Below, one piece after another: positions 28,776 through 37,891 of a DNA stretch of 64,000 bases. A program made the translations under genes and the position numbers. Source of the DNA: a virus; the IMG/VR virus record IMGVR_UViG_3300003267_000287, positions 8,155 through 72,154 of that record; one strand, given 5' to 3'. The notes below the pieces were generated by a model that saw only the letters and a program-made list of their open reading frames with translations, was not told the origin of the DNA and searched no databases. Numbering within the stretch: the first letter of the stretch is position 1; each line of letters starts with the position of its first letter.

Positions 28776-29459
28776 CTAGTCGCGGTCCGGCCGGAACCCG
28801 ACTGGGTTTCTGGGCTGGGACGACAAGCGCTCCGCTCGTGCGGTCAGCGCTGACCCGATCAGCACGCCGCTGGCGATGGCGATCAGCGCGAAGATCAGGA
28901 CCAGCGCTGCGGGTGGCTGCGTTGCGCTGACGGTCTGCCCGGCGGTGTCGGTCGGGGGCGGCGTGGATGACCCGCGTCCCGGCACGGTGGGCGTGTTCGT
29001 GGGGGTGTTGCTCGGCTCGCCGCTTGGCGTGGCGGTGGCTGTGGGCGTGGGTGTGGGTTCCACGGAGCCCGACGGCGAGACGGTGGGAGTGGGAGTGGGT
29101 GTGAACGTGCATCCGTTGTCGTAGACCTCCCTGCCCGCATCGGTCCAGTTCAGTCCATCGAACGTGAAGTCGCCGTACGTGTAGGGCGGGATGATGTCGC
29201 CCCACTTGACGTGCTGGTCCTTCAGCGTCGGATCCCAGAGCGGACCCGTGTGATTGTTGTGACCCGCCTTCAGGAACCCCGAGGACGCGATGTCCACGGT
29301 GATCTGGACGTACGGATTCGTGTCCGAGTTCGTCCGGTGGCAGATCGTCACCTTGTGGTCCGGGTTCGGCTTCGTGGCCGAGACCGGTGGGGCGAAGGCG
29401 ATCGCGATCAACGCCAACAGGGCGAAGATCAGGCCGATCCGAGTGCTGCGATGACCCAT
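28776..29459 (-). CDS. Exported surface protein with PT-rich linker and C-terminal TM
   Basis: Signal peptide, KVTICH...NPY domain, PT repeats, TPPPTDT then TM helix. Confidence 0.75.
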   Translation of the reverse strand: MGHRSTRIGLIFALLALIAIAFAPPVSATKPNPDHKVTICHRTNSDTNPYVQITVDIASSGFLKAGHNNHTGPLWDPTLKDQHVKWGDIIPPYTYGDFTFDGLNWTDAGREVYDNGCTFTPTPTPTVSPSGSVEPTPTPTATATPSGEPSNTPTNTPTVPGRGSSTPPPTDTAGQTVSATQPPAALVLIFALIAIASGVLIGSALTARAERLSSQPRNPVGFRPDRD

Positions 29460-29529
29460 GTGGGCACCTCCTTGCTTCCGAGTGTCGACTTGACACTCAC
29501 CGGTGCGCCGTTTGGCGCACTCGTGAGGA

Positions 29530-29772
29530 TCAGTGTTCGTGTTTCATGTACGCGCTGACATCGACCTTCTTGTTCGAGATCATCCACTGCAGCCGGAAGT
29601 TCCAGATACGCAGAACGAACGTCGCCCAATAGGTTGATGCCCAGAGTCGGAACCACCCACGGTCGATGATTAACGACGATCGCTCTGTGGGCGTTGTGCG
29701 CCGCGGCGGAGTGGCAATCGGCGCAGGCCGATTGGCCGTGCGCCGAACCACCCGCGGCTCGAACCGTGCCAT
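29530..29772 (-). CDS. Hypothetical protein
   Basis: TGATG overlap with the upstream gene. Confidence 0.35.
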   Translation of the reverse strand: MARFEPRVVRRTANRPAPIATPPRRTTPTERSSLIIDRGWFRLWASTYWATFVLRIWNFRLQWMISNKKVDVSAYMKHEH

Positions 29773-30011
29773 CAGCCGTCCGCAGGATCGGTGATGTCGA
29801 AGTTGCCGAGCAGGCCGTAGTTGATCTGGCCCTTCATCGAGAGCGGCTCGAGCGTGACCTCGGCGTGGGCGTCCTCGCCCAGCACGCTGTCCACGAACGC
29901 CTGGATCTCGGGCTCGAGGGCGCGCACGTTCGGCGCCTCGAAGAACCGGCTGTACTCCCCGACCGCGTTCCCGATCTTCGAGAACTGCACAACAAACCGT
30001 CGCATGGCCAT
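29772..30011 (-). CDS. Hypothetical protein
   Basis: AAAGGA RBS. Confidence 0.5.
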   Translation of the reverse strand: MAMRRFVVQFSKIGNAVGEYSRFFEAPNVRALEPEIQAFVDSVLGEDAHAEVTLEPLSMKGQINYGLLGNFDITDPADG

Positions 30012-30154
30012 CTAGATCCACCGTCCTTTCCGGCGCAGGTGCGCCTGCATCCGCCGCTGTTGAGCGCGGCGCTTGTCCAGCTTGTGATTGATGGTTGGGA
30101 CCGACAACGCTCCTCCGATGAACAACACCACGAGGATCAGGCCGAGCGGGTCCA

Positions 30155-30508
30155 TCACTCGTACCCGTAGACGTAGGTGGGATCCTCGCCCGGCTTGAGC
30201 ACGAACGAGGTGGGGTGGAGGCGCTCATCCACACGCCCGTCGAAGTCCCGAATGAACTGACGGGCACCGGGTGTGTCCTGCCACCACAGATAGGTGCGAC
30301 CATCGGCATCCTCGATGCGAGCGCCGATGCCCGCTGCGACCGTGACCTCGGCGGGCTTGATCCCCATCACCCGCTCGATGGCGCGCTCGGTCGCTCGCGC
30401 GATGGGACAGTCACACGCGCTACCCGGCGTGCCCTCCCGAAGATCCCGCGCCGTGATGTGGATCCGCAGGGTCTTGGGGACGATCTTCGCCTTCTTGCGT
30501 TCGGACAC
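30155..30508 (-). CDS. EVT..D..G...CP.A.A family protein
   Basis: IHITARDLREG...CPIARA...FIRDFD...PTSFVL. Confidence 0.6.
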   Translation of the reverse strand: MSERKKAKIVPKTLRIHITARDLREGTPGSACDCPIARATERAIERVMGIKPAEVTVAAGIGARIEDADGRTYLWWQDTPGARQFIRDFDGRVDERLHPTSFVLKPGEDPTYVYGYE

Positions 30509-30740
30509 GATGGATGCCCTCCAGGCGTGCGGTGATGGCCGTCTTGATCTGGCGGTGCTCGAACCAGTGATCGATGTCGATCAGCGCCCAGAACCCCCAG
30601 AACAACACGAAGAAGAACCAGAACAACCAGAGCGCTGAGCCCTTGACCCAGTCCTGGGCCGCGAACATCGCGTTCAGTACGAACAGGACCACGTCGATGG
30701 CGATCGCCAGTCGTGATCCGATCGGAGCAAAGAGCTTCAT
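30420..30740 (-). CDS. Membrane protein
   Basis: Two TM segments; GGAGG RBS. Confidence 0.5.
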   Translation of the reverse strand: MKLFAPIGSRLAIAIDVVLFVLNAMFAAQDWVKGSALWLFWFFFVLFWGFWALIDIDHWFEHRQIKTAITARLEGIHRVRTQEGEDRPQDPADPHHGAGSSGGHAG

Positions 30741-31066
30741 GTCATGGGTACCTCCCGAACCACGCCCTTGTCGACGAGCAACGCGAGCGCGATCAGGCGG
30801 TCCCGCTCGTCATCGGTGATCCGAGGCACGCGCCGAAACAGGCGCTTGCCCTTGTCGTTGACGGGGACCGCGTTCATCTTCACGGTGAGATCGGAGTCGA
30901 GCGAGTCCCAGACGGGGCCATTGTGTTTGCGCATGGCCATGATGTTCGGCAGGCTCAGCAGCCGTACACGCGTGTCGGTGAACGGTGGGTCAACGGGTGG
31001 CGTCGTCCAGCCCTGACCTTCCGGAGCGAAGGGCAACCCCTCCGGATGGGTGTGTTGCTGGTCCAA
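30737..31066 (-). CDS. Hypothetical protein
   Basis: GAAAGGAGG RBS. Confidence 0.5.
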   Translation of the reverse strand: MDQQHTHPEGLPFAPEGQGWTTPPVDPPFTDTRVRLLSLPNIMAMRKHNGPVWDSLDSDLTVKMNAVPVNDKGKRLFRRVPRITDDERDRLIALALLVDKGVVREVPMT

Positions 31067-31081
31067 TCAGAGGACCTCCTT

Positions 31082-31414
31082 TCATGCTGGTCGCAAGCGG
31101 AACTCTCGGGGTGTCACCTCCCGTCCGGTGTCGATGCGCTCGATGTAGTCGCTGAGGCCGTCAGCGGTCCATTGCGCCACCGGCGTGCCGTAGTAGGGCA
31201 GCTCGTCGGCGCGTCGCTGGTAGACCGTGATGATCGAGACCCCCACCAGGATGACGCGATCGCCTCGCTCGAACAGTCGGCGTGCCGCGAGGGCGACCGG
31301 GCACTCGCGACCGTGGAGCTTCTTGCCCTGCTCGAGATCCTGCTGGGTGACCTCGAGCAGCGGCGCGTCCTGCTCGCCTTTGATCAGGCCGAGCAGCTTC
31401 TGGATGACGTTCAC
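31082..31414 (-). CDS. EVT..D..G...CP.A.A family protein
   Basis: LEVTQQDLEQG...CPVALAARR...YIERIDTG.EV.PREF.L. Confidence 0.6.
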   Translation of the reverse strand: MNVIQKLLGLIKGEQDAPLLEVTQQDLEQGKKLHGRECPVALAARRLFERGDRVILVGVSIITVYQRRADELPYYGTPVAQWTADGLSDYIERIDTGREVTPREFRLRPA

Positions 31415-31605
31415 GAGTGAACCTCCTTGAGCATCCGCTCCTGACGGATCTTCATCGCGACGTTCGCGAGATAGCTGTTGTCCGTGATCCGAAGCGGGAT
31501 GTCCGGACGCCGAGTGATCTCACCCAGCGTCCGGACCAGCCGATCGGCATCGTCACGATCCAAGCGGACCGTGACGTTGCCGTTCTTGTGGGCCTGGACC
31601 TTCAT
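31411..31605 (-). CDS. Hypothetical protein
   Basis: ATGA overlap. Confidence 0.5.
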   Translation of the reverse strand: MKVQAHKNGNVTVRLDRDDADRLVRTLGEITRRPDIPLRITDNSYLANVAMKIRQERMLKEVHS

Positions 31606-31886
31606 GTTCGGGGCTGCGAATCGATCCCGATCTTCAGGCCCTTCGAATCGAACCGAACCGACGCGACGTTGTACTCGACGCCAGCGATCTCGACCGTGGC
31701 GGGCAGCTGGTCGTAGTCGAAGTCGGCGTCGGTCATGTTCGAGCCGAGGTCGAGTTCGATCTCGGACGCCTTCGCGTCAACGAAGGCGTCCATCTGCTCA
31801 TCGCTGACCTTCGCGAGCAGATCGGGATCGGCGACGATGTGGGCCGGGGCGCCCATCATCGCGGCGAGGACCTGCATGGCGTTCAT
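31602..31886 (-). CDS. Hypothetical protein
   Basis: ATGA overlap. Confidence 0.5.
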   Translation of the reverse strand: MNAMQVLAAMMGAPAHIVADPDLLAKVSDEQMDAFVDAKASEIELDLGSNMTDADFDYDQLPATVEIAGVEYNVASVRFDSKGLKIGIDSQPRT

Positions 31887-32401
31887 GCGTGATCCCCCTG
31901 CTCCTGCTCGGGCTGCGCCTCGTTCGCGACCGGATCGGGAGCGGTCGGCTCGCGTCCGACACCGCGGAGGATGTCGGCGAGGACCTCGCTCATCGGGCGG
32001 CCACGCTCGAACGTGGCGATGTCGGTGATGACGCGCTGGACGTTGTCGTGGTCCTGCGGTCGCTCGCCCTTCTCGTTGAGCGTGCGCAGGGCGCGAGCGA
32101 CGTCCCGGTACTCGGCCTGCCGAGCCTGGACCATGTCGGCCACGAGTGCGCCGACGCTCTCAGCCTCGACCATCCGGCGAGTCGCCTCGGCCGCGGCTTG
32201 GTGGAGCGGATCGGCGACTGCTGCTTCGATGATCGCGAGCTGTTCGTCAAGGCTGGCGTCCGGATCGGACGTTCGGAAGATCCGGTAGACCTCGTCCTGC
32301 TTCACCCCACCGATCGTGAGGCTGATGCTCACCTCGCAGCCGATGTCCTTGGCTGCGGCCACGAGCGCGGCGTACCGCTGTTCGATGTCCTGTTCGGCCA
32401 C
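31883..32401 (-). CDS. Hypothetical protein
   Basis: GAAAGGAGG RBS. Confidence 0.55.
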   Translation of the reverse strand: MAEQDIEQRYAALVAAAKDIGCEVSISLTIGGVKQDEVYRIFRTSDPDASLDEQLAIIEAAVADPLHQAAAEATRRMVEAESVGALVADMVQARQAEYRDVARALRTLNEKGERPQDHDNVQRVITDIATFERGRPMSEVLADILRGVGREPTAPDPVANEAQPEQEQGDHA

Positions 32402-32414
32402 TGTGGCCCTCCTT

Positions 32415-32609
32415 TCAGATGGACGCGAACGTCTCGACCTTCGGACGTCCGCCCACGATGTCGAGCAGGATGACCGTGCCTTCCTGCCCCTCGCTCACGA
32501 GTGCTTCCGCTTTCTCGAGTTGCTCCTCCTCCTTCATGTATGGACCGTGCAACTGAGACTCGACATCGCCCCAGTTGAAGATGACCCAGTAGACGGTGAC
32601 CCCGATCAC
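32415..32609 (-). CDS. Hypothetical protein
   Basis: GTGA overlap; AAGGAG RBS. Confidence 0.45.
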   Translation of the reverse strand: MIGVTVYWVIFNWGDVESQLHGPYMKEEEQLEKAEALVSEGQEGTVILLDIVGGRPKVETFASI

Positions 32610-32824
32610 GGCTGCAACCCCATCTCCTTCAGCTTCTGGATGGCGATGTCCCGCTCGTTCGGGGACTCGTTCTGGTTGGCCATCGCGCGCAATCCCCGAA
32701 TGCGCGATGACTCAGGTTCTTCCGTCTGAAGCGGAGACAGCACGCCGTACCTCTCGCGGATCCACGTGAGGTACTCGAACGGATCCGATGGGTGGAACCC
32801 ACCGCAGATCTCACACCACCTCAT
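32606..32824 (-). CDS. Small protein with DUF2786-like helical hairpin
   Basis: RIRGLRAMA..N.SPNE..IA..KL. Confidence 0.45.
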   Translation of the reverse strand: MRWCEICGGFHPSDPFEYLTWIRERYGVLSPLQTEEPESSRIRGLRAMANQNESPNERDIAIQKLKEMGLQP

Positions 32825-32918
32825 GGGCGACGCTCCCGACGCCAGACGAGGTAGCCGTTGCTCAGGCCGATGATTGCCACGAGCACGATGATCCCGAGGC
32901 CGAACCAGCAGAACGGCG

Positions 32919-33185
32919 TCACGATGGATCTCGCTTCTGGGCTGAGACCTTCGTGATCTCGGGGATGAAGTTGACCCCGTTCAGCGTGATCCGACTGTCG
33001 GTCGGATCGGTGAGGTACGTGCCGATGGAGCCGACCTCGCCGAACATGCGGTGCGTGATCTGACGAGTTGCGTTGTCGATCGCGACCCCGATCGGGTCAC
33101 GCACTCCATCGGGATTCGTGGAGTTGACGTTGATGGTGGCCCGTGCGATCACATGGATCGCGACCTCGACCTGATCGTGGCTCAT
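32919..33185 (-). CDS. Hypothetical protein
   Basis: AAGGAGG RBS. Confidence 0.5.
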   Translation of the reverse strand: MSHDQVEVAIHVIARATINVNSTNPDGVRDPIGVAIDNATRQITHRMFGEVGSIGTYLTDPTDSRITLNGVNFIPEITKVSAQKRDPS

Positions 33186-33267
33186 ATGTCGCCCTCCTTG
33201 TGCGACGACGAGTGCGTCGTAGGCGCCGTGCGCCGCGGCCAAGTGGCACGCGAACGTGCCACCGGTG

Positions 33268-33471
33268 CTATGCGAGTCGACCCGCAAGCCAGAGCAGCGT
33301 GTCCATCCACCCGAAGATGGACGACACGAACGACCCTGCCCACGTGCGCCGACCCTGCGGGCACTGTGCGGTGAGGTGTTCGTTCTCCGCTCCGCAGGAC
33401 TCACACACCTGCTCGACCACGACGTACACGACGTCCTCCTTGTGTGTTTGTGCGACTGGTGCCGCACTCAC
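33268..33471 (-). CDS. Small zinc-knuckle-like protein
   Basis: CESCG...H....CP. Confidence 0.35.
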   Translation of the reverse strand: MSAAPVAQTHKEDVVYVVVEQVCESCGAENEHLTAQCPQGRRTWAGSFVSSIFGWMDTLLWLAGRLA

Positions 33472-33713
33472 CGACGGGGCCGACGCGGAGGAGGGAAACG
33501 TCAGCCCCGTCGGCGAGAGCGGCGACTCTCGCCTATTCGTAATCGGAAGATGCTGTGCTTACAGCTTCATGGCGCACCGTCCACGAGTGCGGGATGGACA
33601 CAGCCGGGCTCTCACAGCGCCCGGTCTTACGGACCTCGAGGCATGGCCACCCACCACCACCTCCTCTCACATGGGTGGAGAGATCACGTGCGAATGCGCA
33701 CGGATCTCAGAGA

Positions 33714-33989
33714 TCAGGTGATCACGCTCTCGGGCACGAGGAACGTGAAGGAGGTGGGCTCGACCGGCTCGCCCTTGTCGAACTTGCGGACGAAGTCGCC
33801 TGCCTTCTTCGTCATCTGGAAGATGACGGAGTGGTCGAAGACGAGCTCGCGGTAGACGCGCAGCCCGGTGACGATGATGTCGGCACCCAGGCGGCGCTGC
33901 ATCGCGAGAGCCATCGCGCAAGCGGTGGACTTGCGCGGCTCACCACGAGCGATGTCGTTCGCGGTGACCTCGATGACGAGCTTCTTCAT
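33714..33989 (-). CDS. EVT..D..G...C..A.A family protein
   Basis: MKKLVIEVTANDIARG...CAMALA...FDKGEPVEPTSFTFLVPE. Confidence 0.65.
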   Translation of the reverse strand: MKKLVIEVTANDIARGEPRKSTACAMALAMQRRLGADIIVTGLRVYRELVFDHSVIFQMTKKAGDFVRKFDKGEPVEPTSFTFLVPESVIT

Positions 33990-34264
33990 GTGAGCATCGC
34001 CTCGGGGACGAGGAACGTGAACGTGGTGGGCTTGACCGGCTTGTCGTTGTCGACCCGCTCGCGGAACGCCCTCGCCCTCTTGGTCATCGGGACCATGACG
34101 ACGTACGGGTCCTCGTCGAGGTAGCGCGTGATCGTGGTGACGCCAACCGACACCTCCGGACCGATCACCCGGACGATGGCCCGCGCGAGGGGGCAGCGGA
34201 ACGAGTCCCTCGGGACACCGTCGGCGATGTCGTCGGTGGTGACCTCGACGACGATGCGCTTCAT
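33986..34264 (-). CDS. EVT..D..G...CP.A.A family protein
   Basis: MKRIVVEVTTDDIADG...CPLARA...PVKPTTFTFLVPE. Confidence 0.65.
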   Translation of the reverse strand: MKRIVVEVTTDDIADGVPRDSFRCPLARAIVRVIGPEVSVGVTTITRYLDEDPYVVMVPMTKRARAFRERVDNDKPVKPTTFTFLVPEAMLT

Positions 34265-34533
34265 CGCTTGATGCGGTGGTGGCGCATCTTGGCATCCGCC
34301 TCCTCACGGTTCGGGCTGTCGACCCGAACGTGATCGGACGAGGTGGCCACGACGGGCCGAACGAAGGCGATCGGAAGATGTCCGATGCCCGAACCTGCGA
34401 GCGCGCTCAACCGCGTATCGGGAGCGACGGGGATGAAGTCGACACCACGGTGCCGCTTCATCAGCTTCTCGACCGCGTCACTGTCCATGACGTCCCTCAT
34501 CAGACGGGACAGGCGCTTCTTGCGACGAGCCAT
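34261..34533 (-). CDS. Basic hypothetical protein
   Basis: AAGGAGG RBS. Confidence 0.45.
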   Translation of the reverse strand: MARRKKRLSRLMRDVMDSDAVEKLMKRHRGVDFIPVAPDTRLSALAGSGIGHLPIAFVRPVVATSSDHVRVDSPNREEADAKMRHHRIKR

Positions 34534-35095
34534 AACGATGGCCTCCTTCAGATGTACTCGACGACGTCGTCGAACCGATCGACCGTGCGGTCGTAGAAGT
34601 ACTGATCGAGCCGCCACGTCAGATGACGAACGGCCCACTGCATCCGCTCGAGCTCCGTGATGGAGAAGCGGACGATCCCCTGTGGAGCGGGTGGACACCC
34701 GTTCTCAAAGCACCAGATCGACCCACAGTGGACGATCGTGCCGGGGCGCTGACGACCGATGCACAAGTCACCGTTCATGTCCGCGCCGCTCGCAGCATCA
34801 TCCCCATGGACGAGGACGGGCCGCATCACCGCACCGTCCACGGGGTGTGGATGATGACGATGGGCCCGAGGGCCAATCCCCACCAACGGCCCTGCCGCAG
34901 CCAGTCGAACCGACGACCGTGGTTGCGGAAGACGGTGAGGTGACGAAACACAGCGGTCCTCCTTCCGGGCGGCATGGACGACGAGTCCAAACACCGCCGA
35001 TCACCGACGCATGGACGCACAAACGCCCCGACCGACGACGAGTCAGCCGGGGCGTTGTGCGCCGCAACGAATGGGCGCCGCGAGGCGCCCGTGGA

Positions 35096-35497
35096 CTAGC
35101 GGATCTTGCCGGGGCAGGACTCGCCCTTGGGCAGCCCGGCGACGCCGGGGCACGGCACGCCGGACTCCCGCGCGGTGGTGAACCCGTGCAGCGCCGACTC
35201 GACCGTCTCGCCGGTCGCGAGCGTCGCGGTGGTGTCCACCGTGCACGTGAAGCCGGGCGTGCGCGAGATCGCGACGTGCACGCGCTGCGCGTGGCGATCC
35301 TGCGGGTAGAGCCGCTGCGCTTCGGTCGCGATCGTGGCCGGGCGCGCGGCAGTCGCGCGCGTGGCGGCGAACGGCGACGCGATGACCGCGACGGCCGGAG
35401 CGGACACCGCGGGCGCGGCCGCGGGCGTTGACGCGGGCGCCTGCGCCTGTGCGGCGAGCACGGCTGCGACGACCTGCGCGATCTCGGAAGCGTCCAT
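35096..35497 (-). CDS. Ala/Pro/Thr-rich protein, first gene of the leftward arm
   Basis: AGGAGG RBS before ATG at 35497. Confidence 0.55.
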   Translation of the reverse strand: MDASEIAQVVAAVLAAQAQAPASTPAAAPAVSAPAVAVIASPFAATRATAARPATIATEAQRLYPQDRHAQRVHVAISRTPGFTCTVDTTATLATGETVESALHGFTTARESGVPCPGVAGLPKGESCPGKIR

Positions 35498-35641
35498 CGT
35501 GGACCTCCTGCGGGTGGCCCCGTGCCCGCGTGTCTCGTGGGCATAGCGGTGGCCGGGATCAGCATCGGTCCCCCCCCGGTCGTTTGGTCCCAAAGTGGCC
35601 TGATGTGTGGTGAGCGGTGGAGCAAAAATCCCGGCGCACAA

Positions 35642-35670
35642 TTGACACCGTGTCACCATCGTGCTACACT
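35642..35670 (+). promoter_or_regulatory. Sigma70-type promoter with palindromic operator
   Basis: TTGACA-17-TACACT with TG extension; TGACAC-C-GTGTCA palindrome at 35643-35655. Confidence 0.7.
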
Positions 35671-35709
35671 CGGTACACGCTAGACGCACAAACGTACCAC
35701 GAGGGATCC

Positions 35710-35913
35710 ATGCACGAACGACGTGAGCAGCTCACGCTCGAACCACGGCCAGAACTGCCCCTGGGGGCCCAGCTCGCGATCGAACGAGACGTCCTCAAGC
35801 GGGTGCTTCAGATCGCAGAGGCCAGCGCCTATCACCGGGACTACCGGGGAGCGATGGTCGAGATCGTCCAGCTGGTGCTGAAGATCAAGGAGGACCACCG
35901 ATGGAGCGAATGA
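35710..35913 (+). CDS. Hypothetical protein
   Basis: First ORF after the promoter. Confidence 0.5.
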   Translation: MHERREQLTLEPRPELPLGAQLAIERDVLKRVLQIAEASAYHRDYRGAMVEIVQLVLKIKEDHRWSE

Positions 35914-36119
35914 ACGTGCGCGAGTTCCGCGCAGGCTTCTCGACGCTCACCGAGCCGGTCGAGGTGTTGAAGGGGACCCAGACGATCGGGTTCTTCTTCC
36001 CCGGTGACAAGGACCCCAGGATGGGCGTCCCCACGCCGCGGTTCCAGCCTGACCCAGGTGCTCAGGAGCGATTCAATACGAGGCCGTTCACTCCGGTCCC
36101 GAAGGGGAAGGCGAAGTGA
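35901..36119 (+). CDS. Phd/YefM antitoxin-like small protein
   Basis: M..MNVREFR..FS.L.EPV.V.K....IG.F.P resembles the Phd N-terminal fold. Confidence 0.5.
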   Translation: MERMNVREFRAGFSTLTEPVEVLKGTQTIGFFFPGDKDPRMGVPTPRFQPDPGAQERFNTRPFTPVPKGKAK

Positions 36120-36249
36120 TGACCAAGAAGTGTCCCATCTGCCATCGGCCGCTCGCGCAGCGGTCGGAGCTCAACACGAAGCGCAAGAACGAGTGGCTCC
36201 ACATCAGCTGTCTGGTGGACGAGGCCGCTGGTCTGCGGAGGAAGCGCAC

Positions 36250-36573
36250 ATGAAGATCCTGTCCGTCGAAGACACTGAGAAGTGGCTCGCCACCAAGTCC
36301 CATCCCCACGGCGCCATCTACAAGCGCTACACGTTCGTCGATGAGATCGTCGCGCTCCAGGACGGCCGGGCCGTGTTCATCGAGACACCCGACATCCCCG
36401 CGAACAAGCGAATGACCCACGCCGGGCGCGTCCGAGCGCTCCGTCGGCGTCTCAAGCAGCTCGGCATCGAGCACACCACCCGATCGACCACGATGGATGG
36501 TGTTGGTGGTGTGGTTGTCATCCCGCTCCGTCTGGTTGGCGAACACACGTACATCCCGGAGAAGCTCCGGTGA
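36250..36573 (+). CDS. Hypothetical protein
   Basis: GGAGG RBS. Confidence 0.5.
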   Translation: MKILSVEDTEKWLATKSHPHGAIYKRYTFVDEIVALQDGRAVFIETPDIPANKRMTHAGRVRALRRRLKQLGIEHTTRSTTMDGVGGVVVIPLRLVGEHTYIPEKLR

Positions 36574-37058
36574 GAACCCGACTTTCCCAGCGGCCGCACG
36601 AGTTCGCCGGTGATCCGGGTGGCACATGCGCCTGGGTCACTCGCGAGTCGTGGGGTCCCGGCGATAAGCACGAGCAGGAGCACTGCGGGCTACTCGAGGA
36701 CGATCCTGTCCATGCCGGTGACCCGCTGGCTGTCGCGCCGAACGACTTCGCCTGTCGGTGCTCCGACAAGGGCAAGGAACGGATCGCCCGGATCCGAGCT
36801 TGGGCCGAGGAGCGGGAACGCGTGCCGGTGACGGACCCGTTGTTCCTGACCCGCCTGATCCACGACCTGAACTGGAACTACCGCGTCTCGATCGAGGGGA
36901 TCCCGACCGACATGTGGTCGGCGATCATCGCGGAGGGCCCAGAGGAGTTCAAGACGTGGATGCAGTGCGACGAGATCCTCGACGGCCTGATCTTCGTCCT
37001 CCGAGCGGCGTATGATCAGTTCGGGGATAAATACAAAGAGGCCGAAGGGCTTGACTAA
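36570..37058 (+). CDS. Hypothetical protein
   Basis: PHEF...C...CGL..DDPVH motif. Confidence 0.5.
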   Translation: MRTRLSQRPHEFAGDPGGTCAWVTRESWGPGDKHEQEHCGLLEDDPVHAGDPLAVAPNDFACRCSDKGKERIARIRAWAEERERVPVTDPLFLTRLIHDLNWNYRVSIEGIPTDMWSAIIAEGPEEFKTWMQCDEILDGLIFVLRAAYDQFGDKYKEAEGLD

Positions 37059-37079
37059 CTTGCAAGATTGGGGTACAGT
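37051..37079 (+). promoter_or_regulatory. Promoter
   Basis: TTGACT-17-TACAGT. Confidence 0.6.
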
Positions 37080-37107
37080 AAAGGAAACACGCAAGAGGAA
37101 GACTTCC

Positions 37108-37353
37108 ATGAAGTTTCGAGTTGTTCCGGCCGACATGCGGAACGAGGTCATCGCGCCCCCGCGCAGCACCCGTTCCCCGTGGGTCGCTGCCCTGATTGAT
37201 GGGCAGACCATCGTCATCTCCAAGGAGGACCGCCGGAAGATCGGCGGCAACACCAAGACGCTCCGGAACCACGGGCTCCGTCTCCGTTCGGGCAGGATCT
37301 CGGAAAGCGAGGTCGTCGTCTGGGCTGAGCCTCTCGAGCCGGAGAGCAAGTGA
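37108..37353 (+). CDS. Basic small protein
   Basis: Downstream of the promoter; GAGGA RBS. Confidence 0.5.
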   Translation: MKFRVVPADMRNEVIAPPRSTRSPWVAALIDGQTIVISKEDRRKIGGNTKTLRNHGLRLRSGRISESEVVVWAEPLEPESK

Positions 37354-37808
37354 TGGCTGAGGAGCCGTACGAGTGGGGCGCCGAGATCGTCGGCAAGGGT
37401 CGCCCCACCGACGACGGCCCCAGCCAGATCGAACTGAGCCACGATCGCGTGGCCTGCGCCCGTCACAACGAACCCTTCCGCGATGACTGGCCCAACGGCT
37501 ACGGGGTCTTCGCGACCGAGCTCGCCACCGAGGTCCTCAACGATGAGGAGTTCATCGAGGCCGTCGATGGCGAGGTCGAGCAGATCGAGGCGGCGCTCGA
37601 CGAGAAGCCGCTCTGCGAGCGAGTCAGCAAGACAACGCTGATCTACATCTACACCAAGACCGAGATCGGCAGCCTTGACCGCTGCGCGATGTGTCGCGAG
37701 GTTCGCCTGGGCACGCCGTACACGATGCGGATCAGCCCGAGCGACACCCGGCGCGTCCCGCATCTGTGCTTCACCTGCATCGTCTACAACCTCCGCGGCG
37801 CGAACTAA
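37350..37808 (+). CDS. Cys-rich hypothetical protein
   Basis: C..H, PLC, CAMC and HLCFTC motifs. Confidence 0.55.
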   Translation: MMAEEPYEWGAEIVGKGRPTDDGPSQIELSHDRVACARHNEPFRDDWPNGYGVFATELATEVLNDEEFIEAVDGEVEQIEAALDEKPLCERVSKTTLIYIYTKTEIGSLDRCAMCREVRLGTPYTMRISPSDTRRVPHLCFTCIVYNLRGAN

Positions 37809-37891
37809 CCTTCGTGGGCCACTTGTGCCCTACGTGAGGACGTGTTACGGTCGTCGAGTCTGACGCAGCTGGCCCCACCGGGGCGTTCGCC

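Noticed and set aside
26686-28779. 697-aa + strand ORF and other long antisense ORFs (1432-3246, 59621-61378)
   Set aside because: Shadow frames of real high-GC3 genes with no recognisable motifs
20274-35500. Integron-like cassette array (small genes with hairpins)
   Set aside because: Hairpins lack RYYYAAC/GTTRRRY ends, most genes are translationally coupled, and no integrase is present
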